DNA from: Planctomycetota bacterium
GTDB lineage: Bacteria; Planctomycetota; UBA11346
Length of the DNA stretch: 64,000 nucleotides
Assembly (NCBI GenBank): GCA_038231435.1
Contig: JBBRLJ010000009.1
Span: forward strand, 1 to 64,000
Reading direction: 5' to 3'
Made by a program: the position numbers and the translations under genes. The notes beneath the pieces are model-generated. The model saw nothing but the letters and a program-made list of their open reading frames with translations. It was not told the origin of the DNA and made no database searches. Below, piece after piece: positions 1 through 9,458 of the stretch (its first letter is position 1; every line of letters starts with the position of its first letter).

Positions 1-141
1 AAGACTATAACCAGGAGCGGCCGCACAGCTCGCTGGGCGGCATGACCCCAAACGAATTTGCTCTGAAGGGCAAGAACAGGACATCAGAAAACCAACCGGC
101 AGACTCCCAAGCGGTGTGGTCCTAAAAACGTGGTCACGTCA
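1..141 (+). mobile_element. Right end of an IS3-family insertion sequence (transposase C-terminus plus right inverted repeat), truncated by the window edge
   Basis: Frame from nt 3 reads DYNQERPHSSLGGMTPNEF...* (stop 123-125), the typical C-terminal motif of IS3-family integrase cores. It is followed by TGGTCCTAAAAACGTGGTCACGTCA ending in CA at 141, as expected for an IS3 IRR. GC is lower than the flank. Confidence 0.85.
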
Positions 142-174
142 ATGGGACTCCGAAAGGGGCGATCGATTCGACCT

Positions 175-1299
175 TCACTCCCGCGACTCCGCGAAACTCC
201 ACGAACAATCCCCGCACACCCAGTCGATGCACGCCCACGCGTTCAGCTTGGCCACTCCCGGTTTTCCGGCCGCATCGTCAGGCGCGTCCGCGATCGCCTC
301 GCCGATGGACGAGCCCACGGTCGCACCTCCGGGAATCATCGGCAGGTGCAGCGTGCCCTCGGCCAGGGTGATCCGCCGCGCGTCGCAGCCGCCGACGTAG
401 GCGTCGACATAGGCCATCCAATCTGCGCCGAGCATGCGCGCGATCGCCGGCAGGCTGGGATCGACCGGCACCCAGCCGATGGTGGTGTCGACCTTGAGCC
501 AGAAGTGCGGATTGGCGACCACGCTGTTGGCGATGATGCCGGTGCACAGCCGCCAGGGCCGGCCCAGCTCGTCGAGGCGCCGGCCGAGCTCGAGCGCGCA
601 GTCGAGGCAGCTGCCCGAGATGCCGTCGCGACCTATGGGCAGCGGATCCCGCGGATCCTCGGCTGGGAGATGATGGCGGTATTCGTAGCGGAACTCGTTC
701 GCCAGCGCCGCCACCAGCTCGACCAGCATGCGGTGGTCTGGGAACAGATCGAGCGGACGCGGCGTCACCAGCACCTCGGTCTCGCCGACGACGCGCGGCG
801 CCGCGATCGGCTCGCTCCAGGTGAAGCGCTCGAACGGCCCGACCGTGGTCGTCTCGGGCGAGCCGCTGGCGCGCGGAGACAGGCGCTCGACCACGCGCGC
901 CTCGGGCTGATCCTGGCAGACCGGGATGCGCGGCACGTACCAGCTCAGGCCCGGCACCGCGTGAGGCAGGTACAGGCGATGATCCTGCGTGACGCGGTAG
1001 CGGGCGGGAGCGTCCTGGCCGTGCACGTGCGGAGCGAACCAGCGCAGGTACGCCTGCCAGCGCCGCGCGAGCAGCGGGCAGCGCTCGAGCCGGCCCCAGC
1101 ACAACCAGTTCGCCGCGGCGAACGGATCGATCAGCCCCCCTTGCGCGGGCAGGCCTTCCTTGAGCCACGACAGCACCTCGGGGGTCGAGACCGACAGGCG
1201 CTCGGCGAGATCCTCGGCCGCCAGCGGCGGGTGGGGATGCGCCGTGCCGGGCGCGAGGAACGGCCCGCGCGACGGGAATTTCGCCGAAGGTCCGCTCAT
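175..1299 (-). CDS. Transglutaminase-like domain protein with N-terminal HTH-like segment
   Basis: Cys-His-Asp triad motifs GSCLDCA, PHFWL and GWVPVDPS. N-terminal LAAEDLAERLSVSTPEVLSWLKEGLP is HTH-like. Confidence 0.65.
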   Translation of the reverse strand: MSGPSAKFPSRGPFLAPGTAHPHPPLAAEDLAERLSVSTPEVLSWLKEGLPAQGGLIDPFAAANWLCWGRLERCPLLARRWQAYLRWFAPHVHGQDAPARYRVTQDHRLYLPHAVPGLSWYVPRIPVCQDQPEARVVERLSPRASGSPETTTVGPFERFTWSEPIAAPRVVGETEVLVTPRPLDLFPDHRMLVELVAALANEFRYEYRHHLPAEDPRDPLPIGRDGISGSCLDCALELGRRLDELGRPWRLCTGIIANSVVANPHFWLKVDTTIGWVPVDPSLPAIARMLGADWMAYVDAYVGGCDARRITLAEGTLHLPMIPGGATVGSSIGEAIADAPDDAAGKPGVAKLNAWACIDWVCGDCSWSFAESRE

Positions 1300-1413
1300 G
1301 GGCTACCTCGATCGTCTTGCATGAGGCAGGCCCTGGAAGCAGGGCCCACCCAGCGATCGACGACGAGTGGTGTCGCGGACATGACCGTTTCCGACCGACC
1401 GGCGGTGCGCCTG

Positions 1414-2367
1414 CTAGCGCCCGTGCGCTGGACCGGGATCGGCCTTGCGCTCCTCGTCCAGGCCGGCGTCGTCGGCCGATTCCTCGTCCTCATCGACGAT
1501 CAGGCTGCCGCCCTTACGCCAGGCATTCCAGGAATCGAAGATGCCGGCGCCTACGCCCATCAGGACATAGCCGGTGGTGGCTACGAACAGGGTTGCGGCG
1601 GGATACCAGACCAGAAGGCCCACCACTATTAGGCCGATGATCATCTTCCGGAAGCTGATACGGCCCAGCATGGTGTTGCCGACATGGCGATAGCGGATCG
1701 TGGAGACCATCAGCAGCGCTGCCGCGACGCTCATCGCGATGGTCGCCCAGCTGAAGATGTCAATGTAGAGCAGGCCGGTGTACTCGCCGGTCTTCACCAG
1801 GCCCCATTCGGCGAGCTGATCGTGGTAGCTGCGCTGGAAGATGATCCAAGCGCACACCAGTGCGGCAGCTCCCGGAGATGGCAGGCCGCGAAACCAGGGC
1901 GTCGCGGTATCGCTATGCTCGACGTTGTAACGCGCGAGGCGGATCGAGGCCATGACCGGGTAGAACACCGTGATGAACCACAGCAAGCGCTCGCCGTTGT
2001 CGAACACGCCGGATTTGCCAAGGATCAGCCGATGCACCAGGATTGCGGGCGCGACGCCGAAGCTGACCACGTCAGAAAGGCTATCGAGCTCGGCACCGAA
2101 CGCGCCCTCGGTGTGGGTCAGGCGCGCGACTTTTCCATCGAGCATGTCGCAGACCATGGCCACGAAGACCATGATGGCGCCGGCGTAGAGCCAGTTCTCG
2201 CGCTCGCGGACATCCCCGGTGGCATGCGCCGCGCACAGGATCGCGGTGATGCCGCAGGCGAGGTTGCCCGCGGTGAGCAGCGTCGGCAGCACCGGCAGGG
2301 TCTTCAGGCGCTTGATGCGCTGGCGCACGGTGGCGCGCGCGCTGACGCCGCGATCGGCCTCGTTCAC
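1414..2367 (-). CDS. pssA: CDP-diacylglycerol--serine O-phosphatidyltransferase
   Basis: CDP-alcohol phosphotransferase motif DMLDGKVAR...FGAELDSLSDVVSFGVAP, plus RLARYN and FRGLPSP. GTG start overlaps the psd stop (GTGA). Confidence 0.9.
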   Translation of the reverse strand: MNEADRGVSARATVRQRIKRLKTLPVLPTLLTAGNLACGITAILCAAHATGDVRERENWLYAGAIMVFVAMVCDMLDGKVARLTHTEGAFGAELDSLSDVVSFGVAPAILVHRLILGKSGVFDNGERLLWFITVFYPVMASIRLARYNVEHSDTATPWFRGLPSPGAAALVCAWIIFQRSYHDQLAEWGLVKTGEYTGLLYIDIFSWATIAMSVAAALLMVSTIRYRHVGNTMLGRISFRKMIIGLIVVGLLVWYPAATLFVATTGYVLMGVGAGIFDSWNAWRKGGSLIVDEDEESADDAGLDEERKADPGPAHGR

Positions 2368-3038
2368 GTCTTGGCGCCCGCGAGGCGGACGATCACCGTC
2401 TCGCCGCACTTCACCCGGTCACCCACCTTCACGGTCACGGTGTGCGGATATTCCCTGGGCATCCACAGCTCGGTGCGGCTGCCGAACTTGATCATCCCGT
2501 AGAGCTCGCCGCGGCCGATGGTGTCGCCGATGCCGTGCGTGCAGATGATGCGGCGGGCGATCAGTCCGGACAACTGCCTGACCAGCACGCGCAGGCCGGT
2601 GGCGGTCTCAGGAGCGACGTCGATGCCGATCGAGTTCGCCTCGTTGGCGTGGCTGACATCGGGATGGCGGGCGTCGAGGAACTTGCCGGGCGTGTAGCGT
2701 GCGTACGAGATGGTGCCGGCCACCGGCGAGCGGTTGACGTGGACGTCGAACACCGAGAGGAAGATGCCGATGCGCACCGCCTTGGCGCCAAGGAAATCGG
2801 GCTCGTCCACCTCGGTGATATCGCTGACCACGCCGTCCGCCGGGGCGATCAGGCAATCCAGGCCGCCGGCTGGCGTGCGCTTGGGATTGCGGAAGAAGGC
2901 GAGCGTGAACAGCCACAGGAAGGCCGCGACCGCGAGCCCGATCCAGCGCGGCGCGCCGACGGGCAGCAGCATGACCGCCCAGGCGAGCACGAAGGTCGCG
3001 ACCAGCAGGGTCGGGATGCCCCAGCGTACGAAGGTCAT
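2364..3038 (-). CDS. psd: Phosphatidylserine decarboxylase proenzyme
   Basis: FFRNPKR, APADG, IFLSVFDVHVNRSP, and MIKFGSR self-cleavage motif. Adjacent to pssA. Confidence 0.92.
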   Translation of the reverse strand: MTFVRWGIPTLLVATFVLAWAVMLLPVGAPRWIGLAVAAFLWLFTLAFFRNPKRTPAGGLDCLIAPADGVVSDITEVDEPDFLGAKAVRIGIFLSVFDVHVNRSPVAGTISYARYTPGKFLDARHPDVSHANEANSIGIDVAPETATGLRVLVRQLSGLIARRIICTHGIGDTIGRGELYGMIKFGSRTELWMPREYPHTVTVKVGDRVKCGETVIVRLAGAKT

Positions 3039-3379
3039 GGTGTCTCCACCCTGACGGTGGTGGGGCCGGCGTCGCACGCCGTGCAGAGCCATGGGCAGAG
3101 CTCGAGCGCCAGGAAGGACGCGCAGGCCACGATCGCAGCGACCAGGCTCGAACGCCAGAGCGTGCCCACCACCCGGTACCAGGCGAGCAGCCAGGCCAGG
3201 ATCAGGAACACCAGCAGCACGGCCATGCGCCTGACGTCATGCACGTGCGCCAGGTAGACCGCGCCGGCGACCCCGAGCAGGCCGAGCAGACGGTAGACCT
3301 TGCCGACGTTCGGCAGGCGCGCATAGAAGCTGCCCACGTCGACATGCTGGGCATCGCGGTATCGCATGGGCGGAATCAT
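3035..3379 (-). CDS. Small hypothetical membrane protein
   Basis: Three hydrophobic stretches; stop overlaps the psd ATG (ATGA). Start uncertain. Confidence 0.5.
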   Translation of the reverse strand: MIPPMRYRDAQHVDVGSFYARLPNVGKVYRLLGLLGVAGAVYLAHVHDVRRMAVLLVFLILAWLLAWYRVVGTLWRSSLVAAIVACASFLALELCPWLCTACDAGPTTVRVETP

Positions 3380-3553
3380 GGGTCCCCCGAATCCCATCGC
3401 AACGGCTGTGCCGCAAAGGCGGTGCACGTTGCCGGCAGCTGTGTCGACATGGATCGGGCCCTCGGCTCATCTCCACCAGCCGTGGTGTCGCGGCCATGCG
3501 CGCACGGTCGCGGGCCACCGGCCACGCCTACCGGGATCTCGCGCTGGATGGTC

Positions 3554-6500
3554 TCAGCGAGCGAGGCGGAATCCGCAGCCGGCGTGGACCCAGCGAGCGT
3601 CGACCTCGCGCTGGGACAGGCAGCCGTAGCGCTCGGGTTGGAGATCGTGGTAGTTGCCGCCCAGCAGAAGCTTCAGTCGCGGATTCTGCGCGGATGCGCC
3701 GTCAACGAATTCGGACAGCGAACCGGCCATGTCCATCGCCCCCTGGACGGTCCGATCCATCGCGAACGACCCCACCGCCGGCGAGGGCGAAGCGGACACC
3801 GTGGCCGAGGAATGGCAGAGCCAGGGATCCGCGTGCATGCCCCAGGGGAAGGCGCGGCCGTCTCCGCCCTGCGCCGCGAGCTGCCATTCGCTGCGGGTCG
3901 GCAGCCGCCAGGGGATCGAGTCGCGATGCGCCCGCCACGCGGCGTAGGCCGTCGCGTCCTCGTGGCTGATGCCGGATACCGGGGTGTCGGCGCCGATCAG
4001 CCGGCGTTCGGAACGGCCAGTGCTCTCGAGCTCGAACGCGCCACCGCGCAGCGCCGACTTGCGATGCCAGAGCGGCTGATCGGCGTCATAGGCGGCGCGC
4101 GGAGCCAGCGCCAGGCGGCCCTCGCCGAGCGCCTGGTCGTAGACGCGCTGCACCTCGGGGTCGTTCAGGAACTCCAGGTACTCGCCACAGGTGACTTCAT
4201 GGATGCCGATCGCGAACGACGCCACCTGCGCGGTCGCGCGTCCATCCGGGTCGTAGACCGAGCCGCCGGGGATGAACACCGTTCCCGCCGGCACGGCCGG
4301 GGCCGTCGGCAGGACGATCCGGACCTGGGCGCCGCGTTCGAGGCGGCACGCCGCGCTGGTGCCAGACGGATCGCTCATCAGGTAGCGTCCGCGCGCGATG
4401 CGCGCGGACGCTCCAGGCGGGATGACGACGGCATCTCCAGTGGCGGCATCGGTGCGGTCGGGTTGTTCGCTGAGGCGGCGCAGGGTGAGGACACGCTCGC
4501 CAGCGTTTTCCACCAGCGCCTCGCCCGCGAGCAGCGAGCCGCGCTCGCCATCGTCGAACGAGCGCGCCTGGGCCTCGGCGGCCGCCGCTTCAGCGCCATG
4601 GCCCGATATCTCGGCCTCGAGCAGGCGAGCGATGAAGTAGTCGCGCAGAGCCCGGCGCACCGCCGGGCGCGCCGGTGCGAGCGCAAGCGCCTGATGGAGG
4701 AAGCCGATGGCTTCGGCGAGCGCCCGTTCGCGTCCGTCCTGGCGCTCGCGCAGCTCCTCCTCGGTGCGATGGAGCTCTGCGCGCACGCTGCTGGAGCCGG
4801 TCTCGGTCGCTTCCAGGCGCAGGATGCCGGCGCGCTCTCGCAGCGCGCGCAGCTGGGCTTCGAGGTTCTCTGCCACGGCCTGGCTCGCGTCCGCGCTGGC
4901 GACCAGCTGGTCGGCGCGCGCCGCGGCCTCGGCGCGCACCGCCTCGTCCGCCAGGCGCTCGCAGCGCTCGAGATCCGGGTGATCGGGGCACAGTCCCTTG
5001 GCGCGGGCGAGATGATCCTGGGCCTCGCGGCCATCGCGCGCGGCGGCGGCGCGTTCGACCAGCGCCAACTGGCTATCCGCCTCGGCCTGGCGCATGTGAT
5101 GCCTGGCTTCGAGCTCCTCATGATCCCGACGCTTCACCAAGCGTTCGAGATCGGTGCCGTCTGCCGCCGACGGATGCAATGCCATGGCGCCGTGCAGGGC
5201 GGCGATGGCCTTCGGCACCGCTCCGGCGGATTCCGCAGCCACAGAATCCCGACGCAGGCGCTCGGCATCCGCGATGGCGCGCCGCTCGGCGTCGGTATCC
5301 GCCTGGCGTTTCAAGGCCTCGACCACGTGCGCGAGACCTGCCTGGGCTTCGCGATCGGCGGGCCTGCCGTCGAGCAGGCGCTCGAAGCCGCGGCGCGCGA
5401 GGTCGAACTCCCCAGACGCTTCCTGGGCGAGCGCGGCGCGGCGGACCTCGTCGAGGGCGCGATTGCGCAGGTCGGCCTCGTGCCACAGCCAGGCGAGCAC
5501 GCAGGCCAGGGTGAGCGCGGCGGCGGCGGACGTCGACATCACCTGGCGGCGATGGTTGCTCAGCCACCGCGCGAGGGATTCGACGGGGGATTCACGGTAG
5601 GCCCGCACTGCCGTGCCCGAGAGGAACCCCGCGATGTCGGCGGCCAACGCGCCGGCGTCGTCGTAGCGGTCGCGCGGTTCGAGGGACATCGCCTTGTGGA
5701 CGATGGCGACCAGGCGGCGCGCGAGCCGGCGCCCGGCTGGTCGCTCGACGATCGGGGTCCAACGCCCGTCGGCGGCCTGTTCCAGGGTCCGCTGCACGTC
5801 GCCGCGGACGTACGGCGAGGTTCCGACCAGCAGCTCATAGAGCATGACGCCGAGCGCGTAGACGTCGGAGCGGCGATCGACGCGGTCGATCGCGCCGCGC
5901 GCCTGCTCCGGGCTCATATACGCCGGAGTCCCTACCGCATATCCGTGCAGGGTCTGGTCGACTCCCGCATCGGTGGCGGAACGCAACGTGGTCACCGTCG
6001 TCGGCGGCCGATGCGGCGCGCGTGACCGGTCGCTGGCCTGGTCGCCATCATTGGACTGGGCGTTCGGGCCCGAGGCATCAGTACCGAGAGCACCGAGGAC
6101 CTTGGCCAAACCCCAGTCGAGCACCAGGACCTCGCCATAGGTGCCGATCATGACGTTGCGCGGCTTGAGATCCCGGTGCACGACGCCGTGATGGTGCGCG
6201 AACGCCATCGTCTCGCAGATGCGCACGAACAGGCGCAGCAGATCGTGGCGCTGCGCCTCGCCACTCGCCAGGACCTCGGCCAGGTTCGAGCCGGCGATGC
6301 GCTTCATGGTGTAGAACAGGGTGCCGTCGGCGAGCGCGCCGACATCGTGCACGGGCACGATCCCGGGATGCTCGAGCTGCGCGGTCACCTGCGCTTCATG
6401 GATGAAGCGGCTGAAATCCTGCGGATCGGTGCGGTCGGCGTGCAGCGTCTTGAGCGCGACCTCGCGGCCGCAGTCGCGATCCCGGGCCGCGTAGACGATC

Positions 6501-6745
6501 CCCTGCGATCCCGCGCCGAGGCGCTGGCCGAGTTCGAAGCGTGGCTTCCCGGGCGTGGTGGCCGACACGCGCCAAGCGGACAGGTTCGCCGCCATCTGGC
6601 CGACCGGTCCGCGCAGCGAGCTGGCATCACCGAGTTTGAGGGTTTCCGCGGACTCGTCCGAGGGAGCCGCCGACGTGACGATGGTCGAGGCATGCGCGGG
6701 AGACACCGTGCTCACCGAGTCGTCCTCGTGCCGGCCGCTCACCAC
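3554..6745 (-). CDS. Ser/Thr protein kinase with TM, helical region and C-terminal formylglycine-generating-enzyme (SUMF1)-like domain
   Basis: Kinase motifs VALK, HRDLKPRN, DWGLAK, GTPAYMSPEQ. C-terminal HEVT, RLPTRSEWQLAA, FPWG, DMAGSLSE and GFRLAR match the FGE-sulfatase fold. Confidence 0.9.
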   Translation of the reverse strand: MVSGRHEDDSVSTVSPAHASTIVTSAAPSDESAETLKLGDASSLRGPVGQMAANLSAWRVSATTPGKPRFELGQRLGAGSQGIVYAARDRDCGREVALKTLHADRTDPQDFSRFIHEAQVTAQLEHPGIVPVHDVGALADGTLFYTMKRIAGSNLAEVLASGEAQRHDLLRLFVRICETMAFAHHHGVVHRDLKPRNVMIGTYGEVLVLDWGLAKVLGALGTDASGPNAQSNDGDQASDRSRAPHRPPTTVTTLRSATDAGVDQTLHGYAVGTPAYMSPEQARGAIDRVDRRSDVYALGVMLYELLVGTSPYVRGDVQRTLEQAADGRWTPIVERPAGRRLARRLVAIVHKAMSLEPRDRYDDAGALAADIAGFLSGTAVRAYRESPVESLARWLSNHRRQVMSTSAAAALTLACVLAWLWHEADLRNRALDEVRRAALAQEASGEFDLARRGFERLLDGRPADREAQAGLAHVVEALKRQADTDAERRAIADAERLRRDSVAAESAGAVPKAIAALHGAMALHPSAADGTDLERLVKRRDHEELEARHHMRQAEADSQLALVERAAAARDGREAQDHLARAKGLCPDHPDLERCERLADEAVRAEAAARADQLVASADASQAVAENLEAQLRALRERAGILRLEATETGSSSVRAELHRTEEELRERQDGRERALAEAIGFLHQALALAPARPAVRRALRDYFIARLLEAEISGHGAEAAAAEAQARSFDDGERGSLLAGEALVENAGERVLTLRRLSEQPDRTDAATGDAVVIPPGASARIARGRYLMSDPSGTSAACRLERGAQVRIVLPTAPAVPAGTVFIPGGSVYDPDGRATAQVASFAIGIHEVTCGEYLEFLNDPEVQRVYDQALGEGRLALAPRAAYDADQPLWHRKSALRGGAFELESTGRSERRLIGADTPVSGISHEDATAYAAWRAHRDSIPWRLPTRSEWQLAAQGGDGRAFPWGMHADPWLCHSSATVSASPSPAVGSFAMDRTVQGAMDMAGSLSEFVDGASAQNPRLKLLLGGNYHDLQPERYGCLSQREVDARWVHAGCGFRLAR

Positions 6746-6769
6746 CGAGCCTCGCTCATGTCGCCGCTC

Positions 6770-7303
6770 TCATTTAGCGACTTCAGTGACCATGGCGCTG
6801 ACCGGATCGAGCGGCACCGAGCCGAGCCCGGTCAACGGGATCCACGCCATGCCCTCGGGAGCCGCCGTCTCGTCGGCAACGCGCAGACGGTACACCAGGA
6901 TGAAGATGCCGCGGCACTCGGGCATAGCGTCCTCGTTGCAGAAACCGCTGAGCTCGATGCGCCCGGAGGTGATCCCGAGCAGATGCCTGCCGGCGGCGAG
7001 CGCGAGATTCTTCAAGGCGGCGAGACCGGTACCCAGTCGTCCAGCCTCGGGCGGAACCTGCGTCGCATGCAGCAGCACCCCGGCTTCGCTCACCAGCGCG
7101 TGGCCGGCCTTGACGATGACCAGCCCGACGCGCACCTCTTTGGCATCGAAGTTTCCCGCGAGGGTTTCTTGCGATGCGTACCAGGATTCCTCGCCGAGGG
7201 ACTCGAGCACCGCGATGTCGAGCGGCGGCACGAACCCCTGGATGCGGAACAGCTCCCGCCGCGGCATTGCCAGTACCAGTTCGGAATGCGACTCGCCGTC
7301 CAT
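6770..7303 (-). CDS. Hypothetical protein, possibly a degenerate NUDIX-family phosphoesterase
   Basis: N-terminus ELVLAMPRRELFRIQGF resembles predicted MutT-like phosphoesterases. No intact Nudix box. Confidence 0.45.
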   Translation of the reverse strand: MDGESHSELVLAMPRRELFRIQGFVPPLDIAVLESLGEESWYASQETLAGNFDAKEVRVGLVIVKAGHALVSEAGVLLHATQVPPEAGRLGTGLAALKNLALAAGRHLLGITSGRIELSGFCNEDAMPECRGIFILVYRLRVADETAAPEGMAWIPLTGLGSVPLDPVSAMVTEVAK

Positions 7304-7484
7304 GCGTCCATGGTGGCGCCCGATGCGCCTTTTCCAGGCCTGTCGCCGACCCCGCGCGCATCAGTCGAAACATCTTTGGCTGGTGTCCGCCGATCCGGTC
7401 GGCGGTAGGGCGCTGCCGGCGGATGTCCGCAGGGCTCAGCGCGAGCACACCGTCGACGCTGGAGCCGGGTCTGGCAGGTCGGGC

Positions 7485-7937
7485 TCAGGGAGCCTTCATC
7501 TCCATGGTGATGCAGTAGTCGGTGAAGCCGATGCCGCGCCAGAACGAGGCGCCGACCGAGTTGCCGACCAGCACGTCGAGACGGATGCGGTCGGCGGGAG
7601 CGAAGCTGTTCTGCCACAGCCACATCATCGCCTGGCGCCCGATGCCGCGGCGCCGGTGGGCGGCATCGACGTGGAACTGACGGATGTAGACGTGATCCGG
7701 ATGGCGCTTGAACAGGCAGTAGCCCAGCGGCGCGCCGGTGCGCTCGAACACCACCGCGTCGTATTCACCCGCCGCCAGCCAACTCCGCATGCGCTGCTCG
7801 AGTTCGGCGGGGCTCATCTCATTCCGGTGCCCCTCGTCGCGAATCAGCTGCAGGTTCAGTGCCGCGAGGACGCCGGAATCCTCTGAAAGGGCAGGCCGAT
7901 AGGTGACCTGCAGGTCATGGCCGTAGTCGGTGGCCAT
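7485..7937 (-). CDS. GNAT family N-acetyltransferase
   Basis: IRQFHVDAAHRRRGIGRQ acetyl-CoA motif A and N..GASFWRGIGF. ATG overlaps the prfA stop (TGATG). Confidence 0.85.
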   Translation of the reverse strand: MATDYGHDLQVTYRPALSEDSGVLAALNLQLIRDEGHRNEMSPAELEQRMRSWLAAGEYDAVVFERTGAPLGYCLFKRHPDHVYIRQFHVDAAHRRRGIGRQAMMWLWQNSFAPADRIRLDVLVGNSVGASFWRGIGFTDYCITMEMKAP

Positions 7938-9010
7938 CAGAACGTCCCGTCCCAGGTATCCAGGAAGCGCACCTTCTCGGCTTCGATCATCGCCGTCCAC
8001 AGGTCATCGCAGTCCCCCTCCATATAGCGGTCGAGACTGTAGCTGGTGACGTTGACGCGGTGGTCGGTGATGCGGTTCTGAGGGAAATTGTAGGTGCGGA
8101 TGCGATCCGAACGATCGCCGGAACCGACCTGCTCCTTGCGCATCGCCGCGCGCTCAGCATCGAGGCGCTGGCGCTCGGCCTCGTACAGGCGCGCGCGCAG
8201 CCATTTCATCGCCTTGTCCTTGTTGGCGAGCTGGCTGCGTTCGTCCTGGCAGGCGACGACCACGCCGGTCGGCTTGTGTACGATGCGCACCGCCGATTCG
8301 GTCTTGTTGACGTTCTGGCAGCCAGCGCCTCCCGCGCGGAAGGTGGTGATCTCGAGATCGTCGGGGCGGACGGTGACTTCGGCTTCCTCGGCTTCGGGCA
8401 TCACCGCGACCGTGGCCGCGGATGTATGCACGCGTCCCTGGGCCTCGGTCTCGGGAACGCGCTGGACGCGATGCCCGCCGCTCTCGTAGCGCAGCAGCGC
8501 GTAGGCGCCGGCGCCCTTGACCATGAAGATGGCCTCCTTGAAGCCCCCCTTTTCGCCTTCGCTGAGATTCAAGGGCTCGAGCTTGAGCCGGTGCTTGCCC
8601 GCCCACTGCGTGTACATGCGCGCGAGGTCCCCCGCGAACAGCGACGCCTCGTCGCCGCCGGTCCCGGCGCGGATCTCGAGGATCGCGTCGCGCAGGCCCG
8701 CGCTGTCGGAGGACACCAGCAGACCCTTGAGGTCCTCGGTGATGCGCGCCTCGAGCGCCTCGTTCTTGGCCACTTCTTCGCGCGCCATCTCGCGCATGTC
8801 GGGCTCGTTCACCAGCGCGCGCGCCGCCTCCGCGTCGGCGCGCGCCTTGAGCAGCCGCTCGAACGGATCCATCAACCTCGCCAACCGCGCATGGTCGCGC
8901 AGCACCTGCTGATACCGCGGCGTACCGATCACGGTCGGATCGCCCATCTGCGCGGTGAGCTGGTGGTACCGCCCCTGCAGGGCCCTCAAACTTTCGATGA
9001 GATCGGTCAT
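7937..9010 (-). CDS. prfA: Peptide chain release factor 1 (GGQ motif reads GCQ)
   Basis: [25 protein letters not shown] (PxT RF1 motif), [10 protein letters not shown] and [15 protein letters not shown]. Follows rpmE. Confidence 0.95.
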   Translation of the reverse strand: MTDLIESLRALQGRYHQLTAQMGDPTVIGTPRYQQVLRDHARLARLMDPFERLLKARADAEAARALVNEPDMREMAREEVAKNEALEARITEDLKGLLVSSDSAGLRDAILEIRAGTGGDEASLFAGDLARMYTQWAGKHRLKLEPLNLSEGEKGGFKEAIFMVKGAGAYALLRYESGGHRVQRVPETEAQGRVHTSAATVAVMPEAEEAEVTVRPDDLEITTFRAGGAGCQNVNKTESAVRIVHKPTGVVVACQDERSQLANKDKAMKWLRARLYEAERQRLDAERAAMRKEQVGSGDRSDRIRTYNFPQNRITDHRVNVTSYSLDRYMEGDCDDLWTAMIEAEKVRFLDTWDGTF

Positions 9011-9080
9011 GTGCCTTACATCATCCAAAACCAAACCCGCTGGCACGCCAGCGGGCTTCCTAAACTATTCCGTTTCCAGC

Positions 9081-9140
9081 CTCCAGGGGGGCAGGCCGGA
9101 GGCCGATGTTGGGGGGCCGTAGCCCCCCAACCGAAAGCTA
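9081..9140. repeat. REP-like palindromic element, copy 1
   Basis: GCAGGCCGGAGGCCGATGTTGGGGGGCCGTAGCCCCCCAAC; near-identical copies at 21373, 41566 and 41625. Confidence 0.85.
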
Positions 9141-9431
9141 CTTCGCCGGAGGCGCCGCCGGCTTCTTCTTGAGCAGATCCTTCATCCCGCCCACCTTGCC
9201 GTACTTGGTGTCGAACTTCTCGACGCGACCGGCAGTGTCCATGATGCGCTGGCTGCCCGTGAAGAACGGGTGGCTCGCGCTCGACACGTCGACCTTCACC
9301 AGCGGGTACTCCTTGCCATCAACGCTGACGGTGTGTTCCGCCTTGATGGTGCTGAGCATGCGGTATTGGGCGCCCGACACGGTGTCCTGGAAGATGACTT
9401 CGCGGACGTTGGGATGGAGATCGGTCTTCAT
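9138..9431 (-). CDS. rpmE2: 50S ribosomal protein L31 type B
   Basis: MKTDLHP...VDVSSASHPFFTGSQRIMDTAGRVEKF; no Cys ligands. Confidence 0.93.
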   Translation of the reverse strand: MKTDLHPNVREVIFQDTVSGAQYRMLSTIKAEHTVSVDGKEYPLVKVDVSSASHPFFTGSQRIMDTAGRVEKFDTKYGKVGGMKDLLKKKPAAPPAK

Positions 9432-9458
9432 GGCTTGGTCCTCTGTGATTGCTGTCGA

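Noticed and set aside
3239..6025. 928-aa plus-strand ORF and many other long antisense or alternate-frame ORFs (e.g. 130-1632, 43391-44881, 61893-63344)
   Set aside because: Shadows of well-supported opposite-strand genes in high-GC DNA; no recognisable motifs.
7937..9010. Stop-codon reassignment (UAG recoding) implied by a defective RF1
   Set aside because: Conserved genes end normally at TAG and none shows in-frame TAG interruption.
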